Virus record (IMG/VR): IMGVR_UViG_3300049027_000085
Span: 6,165 to 70,164 of that record
Origin: a virus
Length of the DNA: 64,000 bases
Direction: 5' to 3' (one strand)
The position numbers were made by a program, and so were the translations under genes. A model generated the notes under the pieces. The model saw only the letters and a list, made by a program, of their open reading frames with translations, was not told the DNA's origin and searched no databases. Below are positions 26,763 through 35,877 of this stretch, one piece after another (position 1 is the stretch's first letter; the number at the start of each line of letters is the position of its first letter).

Positions 26763-28805
26763 ATGTTGATCAACACCAGGGAGGCCTTCTTCGCCTCTCT
26801 TGACAAGTTCACAGACACGATAGTCCTTGACACCGAGACCGACGGGCTCGACGTGTGGCAGGACAACAAGCAGTGCGGGATAGGTGTCTGCACCACGAAC
26901 GAGGAGACGTTCTACTACCCGTTCCGCCACGACGACGCCCGCAGCCCGTTACTCACACAGTTGGACGGGGAGCTCAACCTCCCGATGGACCTGCTGCACC
27001 TTCTGCTGGCGCGGATCTCACTGAGCAAGAAGATCATCGGCCACAACCTCAAGTTCGACCTGACCGCATTGGTGAAGGACGGCCTGGAGCTGCCAGACGA
27101 CGTCGAGATCGAGGACACCCTCTGCATGGCCCGGCTCTGCCTCCACGAACAGTACGCTGACATGGACCTTGAGAGCGTGGTCGACGCGATGCTGCCAGGT
27201 CAACAGGCCCACCGGTGGAAGACGGAGTTCAAGGAGTACCTGCGCCAATCCAAAGCTAAGAACTACGCCCAGGCCCACCCGAAGATCATGGCAGAGTACT
27301 GCGAGCGTGACTGCCTGATGACCTGGCGGGTCTACAACAAGATGGCTGAGTACATCACCGCCACCAAGCAGGACAAGATCAGGGAGCAGGAGAGGGAGCT
27401 GCTTCGGGTCGTCTGGGAGATGGAGCGCGACGGCCTGTACTTCGACCGTCAGTACGTCGAGGAGAAGATTGTCCAGCTCCGGGCCCGGCTGCTCGAGCTC
27501 GAGAAGGAGATCTGTGACGAGTTGGGCGTGGTGATCAACATCGGCAGCACGCCGCAGCTCACCAAGGCGCTTAACGACAAGGGGATATTCAGCCCCAAGC
27601 TGACGAAGGCCAAGAAGCAGTCGTGGGACAACGAGGCCATGAAGAAGCTTGGTCACCCGATCGGCGCGAAGATCCTCAACTACCGGTCGTTCCAGAAGAT
27701 GCTCGGGACCTACCTCGAGCCGCCGTTGAAGTGGGCAGACGACTACATGCACCCGAGCTTCAACCAGGCGCGCCCGATCACGGGCCGTTTCAGCTGCTCG
27801 AACCCGAACCTCCAGAACCTGATCAACGGCAGCTTCATCATCAAGAGCGAGAAGGTCGACAAGGAGAACACGAAAGCGCTGTCCGACGCGCTGCTCGGGG
27901 GTGGAGGCGTGGAACTCGCAGACGAGTTCGCTGACCTGATGGCGGTCAAGTTCAAGGGCACAGACAACGAGGTCGCGATCAAGAGGATGTTCGTCCCGCC
28001 GCCGGGCTACAAGCTGTGGTTGTTCGACGAGGACCAGATGGAGATGCGCGTGTTCGCTGACTACGTCGACGACCCGCTGCTCTCCAAGATGCTCGAGAGC
28101 GACAAGTTCGACTTCCACAAGTTCGTCGCGATGACGGTGTGGGGGGCCCAGCCCGGCAGTGACATGTGGAGCTTCTACCGCAAACTCGCCAAGGCGATCA
28201 ACTTCGGCCTGATCTTCTGCGTCGGCGACGAGAAGCTCGGGATGAAGATCCAGAAGACGACAGAAGAGGCCGGTCAGTACAAACTTGACTACTTCGCGCG
28301 CTTCCCGAAGGCGAGCCAGTTCATTCAGAACGTGATCGCCACGGTCAAGCAGCGGGGGTACGTGTTCAACCGGTTCGGCAGGCGGTACGTGATCGACCCG
28401 AACCGCGCCTACGTCGGCATCAACTACCTCGTGCAGGGGACCTCAGCCGACGTGATCAAGAACCGGATGATCGCCTGTGCGAAGTACCTCAAGTCGATCG
28501 GCGCGAAGAGCCGTATGGTGGTGCAGGTGCACGATGAGCTCGGGTTCTACATACACGAGTCCGAAGAGAGCTTCGTGCCGGCCAAGATCAAGGACATAAT
28601 GGAGGAGCGGACGATCAAGACGTTCCTGTCGGTCAAGGCGGAACGGGGCAACCCAAGCTGGGTGCAGAAGCAGCCGATGTGCGTCTACTGCGTGCAGCCG
28701 CTCACCAAGGAGGAGGACACCGGCGACGCGGTTCACCCGTGCGACGAGGAGCGCGCCAAGAAGGTCCGCCGGGTGCAGACCCGGCCGGCCCCGGTGGCAG
28801 CATGA
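26763..28805 (+). CDS. Family A DNA polymerase with 3'-5' exonuclease
   Basis: LDTETDG, GHNLKFD, YCERD, TGRFSCSNPNLQN, DEDQMEMR, KAINFG, NYLVQGTSAD, VHDEL. Confidence 0.95.
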   Translation: MLINTREAFFASLDKFTDTIVLDTETDGLDVWQDNKQCGIGVCTTNEETFYYPFRHDDARSPLLTQLDGELNLPMDLLHLLLARISLSKKIIGHNLKFDLTALVKDGLELPDDVEIEDTLCMARLCLHEQYADMDLESVVDAMLPGQQAHRWKTEFKEYLRQSKAKNYAQAHPKIMAEYCERDCLMTWRVYNKMAEYITATKQDKIREQERELLRVVWEMERDGLYFDRQYVEEKIVQLRARLLELEKEICDELGVVINIGSTPQLTKALNDKGIFSPKLTKAKKQSWDNEAMKKLGHPIGAKILNYRSFQKMLGTYLEPPLKWADDYMHPSFNQARPITGRFSCSNPNLQNLINGSFIIKSEKVDKENTKALSDALLGGGGVELADEFADLMAVKFKGTDNEVAIKRMFVPPPGYKLWLFDEDQMEMRVFADYVDDPLLSKMLESDKFDFHKFVAMTVWGAQPGSDMWSFYRKLAKAINFGLIFCVGDEKLGMKIQKTTEEAGQYKLDYFARFPKASQFIQNVIATVKQRGYVFNRFGRRYVIDPNRAYVGINYLVQGTSADVIKNRMIACAKYLKSIGAKSRMVVQVHDELGFYIHESEESFVPAKIKDIMEERTIKTFLSVKAERGNPSWVQKQPMCVYCVQPLTKEEDTGDAVHPCDEERAKKVRRVQTRPAPVAA

Positions 28806-28820
28806 AAAAAAGTTAAATAG

Positions 28821-28870
28821 GGTATTTACTTTTGCGGCAGAGCGCTGTACGATCTTCCTTGTACGGCGCT
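28821..28870 (+). promoter_or_regulatory. Phage promoter (copy 4) with inverted repeat over the -10
   Basis: GGTATTTACT-17-TACGAT. Inverted repeat AGCGCTGTAC/GTACGGCGCT. Confidence 0.75.
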
Positions 28871-28901
28871 TTCGCCGATTCTTTTGAAAGGAGAGCACAC
28901 C

Positions 28902-30461
28902 ATGAAAACCATGACTTTGACCGACAAGTTCACCGCCGCCCTTCTCGCAGGGACCCCGCTGATCGGGATCACCTGCTACGACCCGGAAGCCACCATGGCA
29001 ACCCTACACAAGGAGATAAAGAACCAACCCGTCATCCAGTGGGACTGCATACAGGGCTGGAGACCGCGCACCGACACGGGCAAGAACGCGATCAAAGAAG
29101 CGTGCAAGTCCGCTGACAAGGACGTCGTCGCCGGCAAGACCGCCAACCCGGTCGAGCAGTTAGAGGTCGCCGCCAACCTCCCTGAGGAAACGGTGCTGTT
29201 CATGATCAACAGCCACAACTACTTCGACAACCCGGCGTTCCTCCAAGCGGCGTGGAACCTGCGTGACGAGTTCAAGACGAACGGCCGGACGCTGGTGTTC
29301 CTCGCGCCGCACCTCAACATACCGGGCGACATCAAGAACGACGTGATCCTGTTCGACGAGGAGCTCCCTGACGCCGCCCAGTTGCGTGGGATCGTGAACT
29401 CCGTGATCGACCCGATGGTCAAGGCCAAGGTGTTCTCCCACGGCGTGACGGTCGACGACGCCGTGAGGGACCGCGCGGTCGACGCGCTCCGCGGCATTCC
29501 GGCGTTCGCCGCTGAACAGTGCGTCGCCATGGCGTCCACCGTCCAGGAGGCCGGCCTGCAGGTCGACCAGGTGTGGGAGTACAAGCGCAAGATGATCAAC
29601 GACACACCGGGCCTCAAGGTGTACGGCGGGACTGAGAAGTTCGACGACCTCGGCGGCTGCGACGCGGTCAAAACTTATCTGCGGCGCGTGATCGCCGGCA
29701 AAGACGCCCCGCGCGTGATCGTGTTCATCGACGAGGGCGAGAAGATGTTCGCCGGCGCCACCAACGACGTCGGAGACAACACGGGCGTGAGCCAAGACGC
29801 GCTGGGAACGACGCTCTCCTTCATGGAGGACAACGAGTGCGACGGTGCGGTCTTCGTGGGCCCTCCCGGAGCGGCCAAGTCCGCGATCGCCAAGGCGATG
29901 GGCAACGAGGCCGGCGTGCCGACGATCATGCTCGACTTCGGCGGCCTCCGCGGAAGCCTCGTGGGTGAAAGTGAGCGGAAGCTGCGCGAGGCGTACAAGA
30001 TCGTCGACGCGGTAGGCGGCGGCAAGGCGTTCTTCGTGATGACCTGCAACAAGGACGCGGCATTGCCGCCGGAACTTAAACGCCGGTTCACGAGTGGCAC
30101 GTTCTTCTTCGACCTCCCGACCCGCGAGGAGCGCGAGACCATTTGGAAGATCTACCTCGACAAGTACGGCTTCGATGACGTCGCGGTCAATGCGATCGAG
30201 TTCGACAAGGACTGGACCGGCGCGGAGATCCGCAACTGCTGCCGCATGGCGTACCGTCAAGGCATCAGCCTCGAAGAAGCGGCGCAGTACATCATCCCGG
30301 TCGCGGAGAGCGCTGCGGACCAGATCGAACGCTTGCGCAACTCGGCAGCCGGTAAGTACCTCTCGGCCTCGCGTGCAGGTAAGTACTCGCCGCACGTAGA
30401 AAAGCCGTCCCTGTCATCCTATGCTGAGTCTAAACAGCGTCAGGTGAAGACCAGCCGTTAA
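28902..30461 (+). CDS. Ycf46-like AAA+ ATPase with internally permuted ATPase domain
   Basis: Ycf46-type N-region. FIDEGEK precedes GPPGAAKS, then SLVGESE, TCN, LPPELKRRF, FFFDLP, WTGAEI. Confidence 0.85.
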   Translation: MKTMTLTDKFTAALLAGTPLIGITCYDPEATMATLHKEIKNQPVIQWDCIQGWRPRTDTGKNAIKEACKSADKDVVAGKTANPVEQLEVAANLPEETVLFMINSHNYFDNPAFLQAAWNLRDEFKTNGRTLVFLAPHLNIPGDIKNDVILFDEELPDAAQLRGIVNSVIDPMVKAKVFSHGVTVDDAVRDRAVDALRGIPAFAAEQCVAMASTVQEAGLQVDQVWEYKRKMINDTPGLKVYGGTEKFDDLGGCDAVKTYLRRVIAGKDAPRVIVFIDEGEKMFAGATNDVGDNTGVSQDALGTTLSFMEDNECDGAVFVGPPGAAKSAIAKAMGNEAGVPTIMLDFGGLRGSLVGESERKLREAYKIVDAVGGGKAFFVMTCNKDAALPPELKRRFTSGTFFFDLPTREERETIWKIYLDKYGFDDVAVNAIEFDKDWTGAEIRNCCRMAYRQGISLEEAAQYIIPVAESAADQIERLRNSAAGKYLSASRAGKYSPHVEKPSLSSYAESKQRQVKTSR

Positions 30462-30465
30462 CAAC

Positions 30466-30482
30466 GGGGGAGGAAACTCCCC
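30466..30482 (+). terminator. GNRA hairpin between the two AAA genes
   Basis: GGGGAG-GAAA-CTCCCC with no U-tract. Confidence 0.35.
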
Positions 30483-30510
30483 CACCATCGTTTGAAAGGA
30501 GAAGAAGATC

Positions 30511-32262
30511 ATGAGATTAGGAATACAGGCGAAATACGTAAGGGAAGTCATAGAAAAGATCGGCAAGGACGAGGCGTCATTCAGCATCGACCGGTGGAAG
30601 GACGGCGAGATCAGAGAGTACCTGGACTTCAGCAAGATGCGGACCGACGAGATCAAGGAGTTCGACAAGTTGCTGAAGCGGCTGGCGGAACAACCGTCCA
30701 CCAAACAGAAGTACGGTGCCGCATACAGGAAGTTCACCGAGTTCTTCACGCTGCTCACCGGTGACGTGGGCGGCAAAGCGATCAAGAAGCTGGACATGAT
30801 ACCGGCCGCGATCAAGTCTTACTTCAAGGACTCCGACAGAAAGTGGGTCTTCAAGGAGACGTCAGACGGCCTGCCCAACCCGTACTTCCTGACGAGGTGC
30901 TGGTACAAAGAGGCCCACTACCTGCGGAGCGGCGCTTACGTGCCCGCGACGACGCACCTCGTGATCACGGCGTGGCGGCAGGGCAAGCAAACCACCTCGT
31001 CCTTCTCGTGGCTGGCGAAGAACGTCGGCAAAGCGGGCAAGACGGTGCAGCAGCTGCTGTCGCAGCACGGGCTTCACATAGAGACCGACGCCGCGGTAGA
31101 GGCGTACTACGAGGAGTTCCACCGGTGCCTCGAGCTCCAAGAGCAGGTTGGGCTTCAGATGTCGTCACAGGGAACGGCGTTCCTCAAGGCTGAGAACAGG
31201 TGGTACTCACCAGCGGCTGTGGCAATGATACGTGAGGGCATCGCCACGAAGGTCGTGATCGAGGATCAGGATATTCGCAGCGATGACGACGAGTCGGAAA
31301 CATCCATCATGGACACCTTCTGGGACGTCGTCAAGGTCAGCAAGTTGCGCTCACGTAGACCGGTCTCCGACGACGACGATGAGGTAGAGGTCGAGGAGGT
31401 CGACGAGACAGACGACGACGAGAAGAAGCGGATCGAACTTCCGATCCACCCGTACCTCTACGTCTTCGACCTCGATAAGCACCAGTACGTCGACATTCAC
31501 ACGAAGAACCTGCTCGACTACAAGTGGAACAAGACGTTGGGCGATAAGCTGATCATCAAGGACGAGGACAAAAAGTTGATCGACCTCTTGATGAATCGCA
31601 CCGGGCAGAGCGTCAGCGACATCGTGTCCGGCAAGATGAACGGTGTCATAGTACTCGCTACCGGAAGCCCTGGGATCGGCAAGACACTGACCGCTGAGGT
31701 CTTCTCAGAGATGATCGAGAAGCCCCTCTACAATGTGCAGTGTTCACAGCTCGGCCTGAACGTCGATCAGATCGAGAAGAACCTCAGGAATGTGCTTGAC
31801 CGCGCTTCACGGTGGGGGGCGATCTTGCTGGTCGACGAGGCGGACGTTTACATCAGGAAGCGCGGCGAGGACATTCACCAGAACGCGATCGTCGGGGTGT
31901 TCCTGCGGCTGATCGAGTACTACCGCGGGGTGCTGTTCATGACGAGCAACCGGGGTGAAGAGATCGACGACGCGATCATCAGCCGTGCGACGGCATGGAT
32001 CAAGTACGAAAAGCCGTCTCCGGACCTCCTGGCGCGAATCTGGGATGTTCTGGGCAAACAGTACGGCGCGAACTTCAGCGACACGGACATCAAGCGTCTG
32101 TTGAAGATCCTGCCCGGCATCTCTGGCCGCACGGTCCGCAACCTGTTGAAACTTGCCAGGATGCTCGCTGGAGACTCACCGGTCACGGTCGACCTGATCG
32201 ACCAGGTCAAGGGGTACCAGCAGCTCGACGGGGACCCGCTGACTGAAGCGGCAAAAAAGTGA
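30511..32262 (+). CDS. AAA+ ATPase (canonical order) with long N-terminal region
   Basis: GSPGIGKTLTAE, LLVDEADV, FLRLIEYYRGVLFMTSNR, DDAIISR. Confidence 0.9.
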   Translation: MRLGIQAKYVREVIEKIGKDEASFSIDRWKDGEIREYLDFSKMRTDEIKEFDKLLKRLAEQPSTKQKYGAAYRKFTEFFTLLTGDVGGKAIKKLDMIPAAIKSYFKDSDRKWVFKETSDGLPNPYFLTRCWYKEAHYLRSGAYVPATTHLVITAWRQGKQTTSSFSWLAKNVGKAGKTVQQLLSQHGLHIETDAAVEAYYEEFHRCLELQEQVGLQMSSQGTAFLKAENRWYSPAAVAMIREGIATKVVIEDQDIRSDDDESETSIMDTFWDVVKVSKLRSRRPVSDDDDEVEVEEVDETDDDEKKRIELPIHPYLYVFDLDKHQYVDIHTKNLLDYKWNKTLGDKLIIKDEDKKLIDLLMNRTGQSVSDIVSGKMNGVIVLATGSPGIGKTLTAEVFSEMIEKPLYNVQCSQLGLNVDQIEKNLRNVLDRASRWGAILLVDEADVYIRKRGEDIHQNAIVGVFLRLIEYYRGVLFMTSNRGEEIDDAIISRATAWIKYEKPSPDLLARIWDVLGKQYGANFSDTDIKRLLKILPGISGRTVRNLLKLARMLAGDSPVTVDLIDQVKGYQQLDGDPLTEAAKK

Positions 32263-32267
32263 AAATA

Positions 32268-32312
32268 GGTATTTACTTTCTGACAGGGACGTGTTAGGAT
32301 CGTTCCTGTCAG
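32268..32312 (+). promoter_or_regulatory. Phage promoter (copy 5) with inverted repeat around the -10
   Basis: GGTATTTACT-17-TAGGAT. Inverted repeat CTGACAGGGACG/CGTTCCTGTCAG. Confidence 0.7.
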
Positions 32313-32338
32313 TTACTATTCTACGGAGGTTACGAACC

Positions 32339-32728
32339 ATGTCACACATCACTCAGATCAAACTCGAGATCAAGGACCTCGAGGCCCTCAAGACGGCGGC
32401 TGCCATGCTTGAGCTCGAATACAAAGAGGGGGTCACCAAGCACAAGTACTACGCAGGCAAGTACGGCAAGTGCGACCACGTGATCAGCGTGCCCGGCAAC
32501 AAGGACGCCTACGAGATCGGCGTCGTGGCCAACCCGAACGGGACGTACAAGCTCAACTGGGACAGCTTCGCCGGCGGCTACGGGCTGGTTGAGAAGGTCG
32601 GCGAGAGCGCGTACAAGCTGAAGCAGGAGTACGGCGCCGCGGTCGCTGAGAAGCAGCTGCGCCGACAGGGGTACCGTGTCAAGCGACAGGTCGTGGACGG
32701 GAAGCTCGTGCTTCGCGGTGTCAACTAA
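32339..32728 (+). CDS. DUF1257 (Ycf35)-like protein
   Basis: MSHITQIKLEIKDLEAL..A...YEIGV....G.Y.L.WD...LKQEY...RRQGYRV. Confidence 0.75.
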   Translation: MSHITQIKLEIKDLEALKTAAAMLELEYKEGVTKHKYYAGKYGKCDHVISVPGNKDAYEIGVVANPNGTYKLNWDSFAGGYGLVEKVGESAYKLKQEYGAAVAEKQLRRQGYRVKRQVVDGKLVLRGVN

Positions 32729-32738
32729 GGAGGCCGTC

Positions 32739-32936
32739 ATGAAACAGCAAACAGAAATCGTCGTCGAGATCGACCGCGAGGGCAACCCGAAGGTCGAGGT
32801 GAAGGGTCACGTGGGCCCAGGTTGCAAGGAGCTCACCAAGCAGATCGAGCTAGCGCTCGGCGCAGCGGAGAGCGAGAACAAGAAGCCCGAGTTCTACCGG
32901 CAGGAGGTGAAGCATGTTGCTACCAATCGTCGTTAA
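32739..32936 (+). CDS. DUF2997-like protein
   Basis: EIVVEIDREG.PKVEVKG..G.GC.ELT..IE.ALG....KPEFY. Confidence 0.75.
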   Translation: MKQQTEIVVEIDREGNPKVEVKGHVGPGCKELTKQIELALGAAESENKKPEFYRQEVKHVATNRR

Positions 32937-33243
32937 CGAGGACGGATCGATCGAGCAGATCGTCACCGATGACATGGTCGCCTTCGAGGGGGAGGCGACC
33001 ACCACTAGGGCCAGCAACGTCGTGCCCGAGCCGTTGTTCAAGCAGCTCGTGTTCATCAAGCTGCGGGAGTGGTTCGGTGATCAAGGCAGGGTCGCGGACT
33101 GGACACGCCGTTGGAAGGGGCCGCACATCGCGTGCATGGTCGACGGTCCGGTCTTAGGCCCGTACCCCAGCCGGCAGGCGGCGTTGGACGCAGAGATGCG
33201 GTGGTTACTCAAGAACAGGTTCGGAGGTGAAAGTCATGAATGA
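32914..33243 (+). CDS. Conserved hypothetical protein of the AAA/DUF1257/DUF2997 neighbourhood
   Basis: RASNVVP...GPVLGPY.SRQAALDAE..WL. Confidence 0.6.
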   Translation: MLLPIVVNEDGSIEQIVTDDMVAFEGEATTTRASNVVPEPLFKQLVFIKLREWFGDQGRVADWTRRWKGPHIACMVDGPVLGPYPSRQAALDAEMRWLLKNRFGGESHE

Positions 33244-33739
33244 TGAAATGAAGGACGACGCTCTCGACTTCGAGATGCAAGAGGATATAAACGAAATTAA
33301 AGAGGCGGCCGAGCAGTTTGGCAAGCTGCTGAGTGACAAGGCGGGCAAGCAGGCCCAGAAGCAGATCGAGGCGCTCTCGGACGAGCAGCTCAAGAACAGG
33401 ATCATCGAGCAGGGCGCCAACGTGTTCACGCGTGCCTGTAACAAGACGATCGACGTGATAGGGGTCGCCAAGATCCTCGGTCTCAACGACGACCACGTCA
33501 AGGACCTCGTGAGGCAGCACTGTGAGTTCCAGGTCGACCTGCTGGTCCGGCTCGGCGTCGAGCTCCCGCCGGACCTCGACGTCGCCGTCAAGGAGCTGTA
33601 CGACATAGAGATCGGCGGCGTGGACGAGTTCATAAAGGCCCACAGCGACGGGGCACACCCTGGGTGCATACTGGACGAGTACCAGAAACGGAACAGCTGG
33701 GACGAGCTGATCGAGGAGGTGGGCCATGGCGTTAACTAG
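33236..33739 (+). CDS. Acidic hypothetical protein
   Basis: GGAGG RBS. Overlaps its neighbours by a few nt. Confidence 0.6.
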   Translation: MNDEMKDDALDFEMQEDINEIKEAAEQFGKLLSDKAGKQAQKQIEALSDEQLKNRIIEQGANVFTRACNKTIDVIGVAKILGLNDDHVKDLVRQHCEFQVDLLVRLGVELPPDLDVAVKELYDIEIGGVDEFIKAHSDGAHPGCILDEYQKRNSWDELIEEVGHGVN

Positions 33740-34112
33740 AGAACAAGAAGCGGACTACACGGTGCGCGGCAAGAAGTTCTGTTTCACCGGCGCCCTCACG
33801 ATCTTCACCAGGGACCAGGCCAAGGCGCTGCTGATCGAGCGTGGCGGCATCGTCCACCTGTCGGTCAAGACCGACACCGACTACCTGATCTACGGCCACG
33901 ACACCGGCCAGACGAAGATGAACGCCGCCAGGGCCCGCGGGACCAACCTCAGATCCGAACAGTGGCTGCTCGCGGCGATCACGGCGAATGCCCCCGGGCT
34001 GGTACCGCGCAAGAACATTCCGGACGTGACGACGGTCTTCCAGCAACCCCAGGCTGAGGTGAAGGAGAGCATCGAGATGAAGCCGAAGGTACGCAGAGTC
34101 CGCGTCCGCTAA
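33726..34112 (+). CDS. Stand-alone BRCT-domain protein
   Basis: GKKFCFTGAL..FTRDQA..LLIERGG.V..SV...TDYLI.G...G.TKM..A...G....SE.W (NAD-ligase-type BRCT). Ends in RRVRVR. Confidence 0.85.
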   Translation: MALTREQEADYTVRGKKFCFTGALTIFTRDQAKALLIERGGIVHLSVKTDTDYLIYGHDTGQTKMNAARARGTNLRSEQWLLAAITANAPGLVPRKNIPDVTTVFQQPQAEVKESIEMKPKVRRVRVR

Positions 34113-34137
34113 AATAATTCACAAAAAGTTGAAAAAA

Positions 34138-34187
34138 GGTATTTACTTTTACTCCGTAGCGCTGTACGATCTTCCTTGTACGGCGCT
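34138..34187 (+). promoter_or_regulatory. Phage promoter (copy 6), sharing a 30-bp identity with copy 4
   Basis: GGTATTTACT-17-TACGAT. AGCGCTGTACGATCTTCCTTGTACGGCGCT is identical to 28841-28870. Confidence 0.75.
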
Positions 34188-34308
34188 TATAAACACCGTG
34201 CGCGTTTGAAAGGGGGAGCGTTGAGCCGCTCCTAAAGATCAAGGGAATCGTGGCCGGAGCCGTTCCGACCGATTTTTATCAACCCTAACCGCACCATGGA
34301 GGAGCATC

Positions 34309-35514
34309 ATGAAAAACGAAACATTCACCGCAGAGCAGTTCACCAAGTTCGTCAAGGACATGTCCGCAGCAGTCAAGCGTGTCTACAACACGCCGGGGAT
34401 CGTCGATGAGATGACGGTCGAGCAGCGGAACGACTTCAAGGCCCGCGTCGAGAAGTACACCCCGAGCAACCCTGAGGGTCAGGGACGCAAGTCAACGGTT
34501 CTTTACACCCTCGAGACCACGGTCGCGGTCGAAGCCGCCTCCACCAACGGCAGCGTTGCCACGCCGGTCAACGACATGTCGGCTGAGGTCGCCAAGCGGA
34601 TCGCGGAAGAGAGCATCGTGATCGAGATTCACATCCGTCAGCCCGGGTTCACCAAGAAGATCGACGCGAACGACTTCCTTGACCGCAACGGCAACAAAGG
34701 CAAGGTCGAGTCCGACATCCTCCACGTGCACCAAGACCTGATCGACAAGCGCCACGTGAAGAACCTGATGGACCACCGTCAGAGCCTGCTCGACTACATC
34801 CGATCGTGGCAGGTGCCCGGCGGCATGTTGACGCCCGGCGGCGGTCAGTTCCTCGTGCCGCTCGCGGCTCAGGAAAAGATCTACGCCAAGATCGAGGAGT
34901 TCGGCGCCGAGCGTCAGGGCCTGCTCGACAAGTTCGCAGAGAGCTGGGACACGATCGTCGAGGAAGCCAAGAAGAAGCGTGGCGTCTTCTTCGACGACGG
35001 GGACTACCCGAGCTTCAAGTCGATCCGCGACCGGTTCACGCACGACTTCCGGTTCATCAGCAACAAGGTGCCCGACGAGCTGAAGAAGCTCGGCCTTGAG
35101 ATCTATCAGAAGGAGTTCGACAAGCAGATGCTGAACTGCGCGACGGCCGCGTCCGAGATTCAGGCGGCCCTACGTGAGGGTTTCCTCGGGTTGATCGAGC
35201 ACTTCACCGACCGGTTGGGGGTGGATGAGGAGACCGGCAAGCCGAAGCGTTTCAACGAGAAGCGGATCACGGACATCCGTGAGTTCCTCGAGACGTTCCA
35301 GGCGCGGAACCTGACGAACGACACGCAGCTCGCCGCCCTCTGTGAGAAGGCGCAGACGCTGATCGAAGGTGTGGACGCTGCCACGATCCGCAGCAACGCG
35401 GACGCCCGCGCGAGCCTCAAGCAAGCGTTCGACGACCTGACCACGGCGACGAACGAGCTGATCGGAACCAAGACCCGCCGCGTGCGGGTCGCGGCCGCCA
35501 GCAACGGACAGTAG
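34309..35514 (+). CDS. DUF3150-like protein
   Basis: FLVP..., GVFFDDGDYPS...IRDRF, NLTNDTQL..L..KA, IRSNADAR. Ends in RRVRVAAASNGQ. Confidence 0.6.
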   Translation: MKNETFTAEQFTKFVKDMSAAVKRVYNTPGIVDEMTVEQRNDFKARVEKYTPSNPEGQGRKSTVLYTLETTVAVEAASTNGSVATPVNDMSAEVAKRIAEESIVIEIHIRQPGFTKKIDANDFLDRNGNKGKVESDILHVHQDLIDKRHVKNLMDHRQSLLDYIRSWQVPGGMLTPGGGQFLVPLAAQEKIYAKIEEFGAERQGLLDKFAESWDTIVEEAKKKRGVFFDDGDYPSFKSIRDRFTHDFRFISNKVPDELKKLGLEIYQKEFDKQMLNCATAASEIQAALREGFLGLIEHFTDRLGVDEETGKPKRFNEKRITDIREFLETFQARNLTNDTQLAALCEKAQTLIEGVDAATIRSNADARASLKQAFDDLTTATNELIGTKTRRVRVAAASNGQ

Positions 35515-35592
35515 TTCGGGACAACGGTTAAGGGGGTGGCCGTCCGACCGGTGCACCGAAAACACCCCCATTTAATGGTCAAGAGGTTAAAT

Positions 35593-35877
35593 ATGGGAGA
35601 GCAATATACAGAAGAACAGTTCATTAATGGGCCATGGGACACATGGGGCCGTGAAGACGGCACCACATGGTTAAAGTTACGTTCGAAGAACGTAATAATT
35701 ATAAAGAAAGGTGATGAGATAATCGGTCACAGGAGGTTGCACAATGAGAACACTAGTAATTCACCCGTCGGACAGAACGACGGACTTCTTAGACAAGATA
35801 TACAACGGGATAGATGCTGTGGTGATCAGGGGCAGTGTGAGGGACAGCTTCCTCAGGGAGCAGATAGCGATCGCTGA
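35593..35877 (+). CDS. Hypothetical protein
   Basis: GAGG RBS. AT-richer than its neighbours, with a long 3' overlap. Confidence 0.45.
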   Translation: MGEQYTEEQFINGPWDTWGREDGTTWLKLRSKNVIIIKKGDEIIGHRRLHNENTSNSPVGQNDGLLRQDIQRDRCCGDQGQCEGQLPQGADSDR

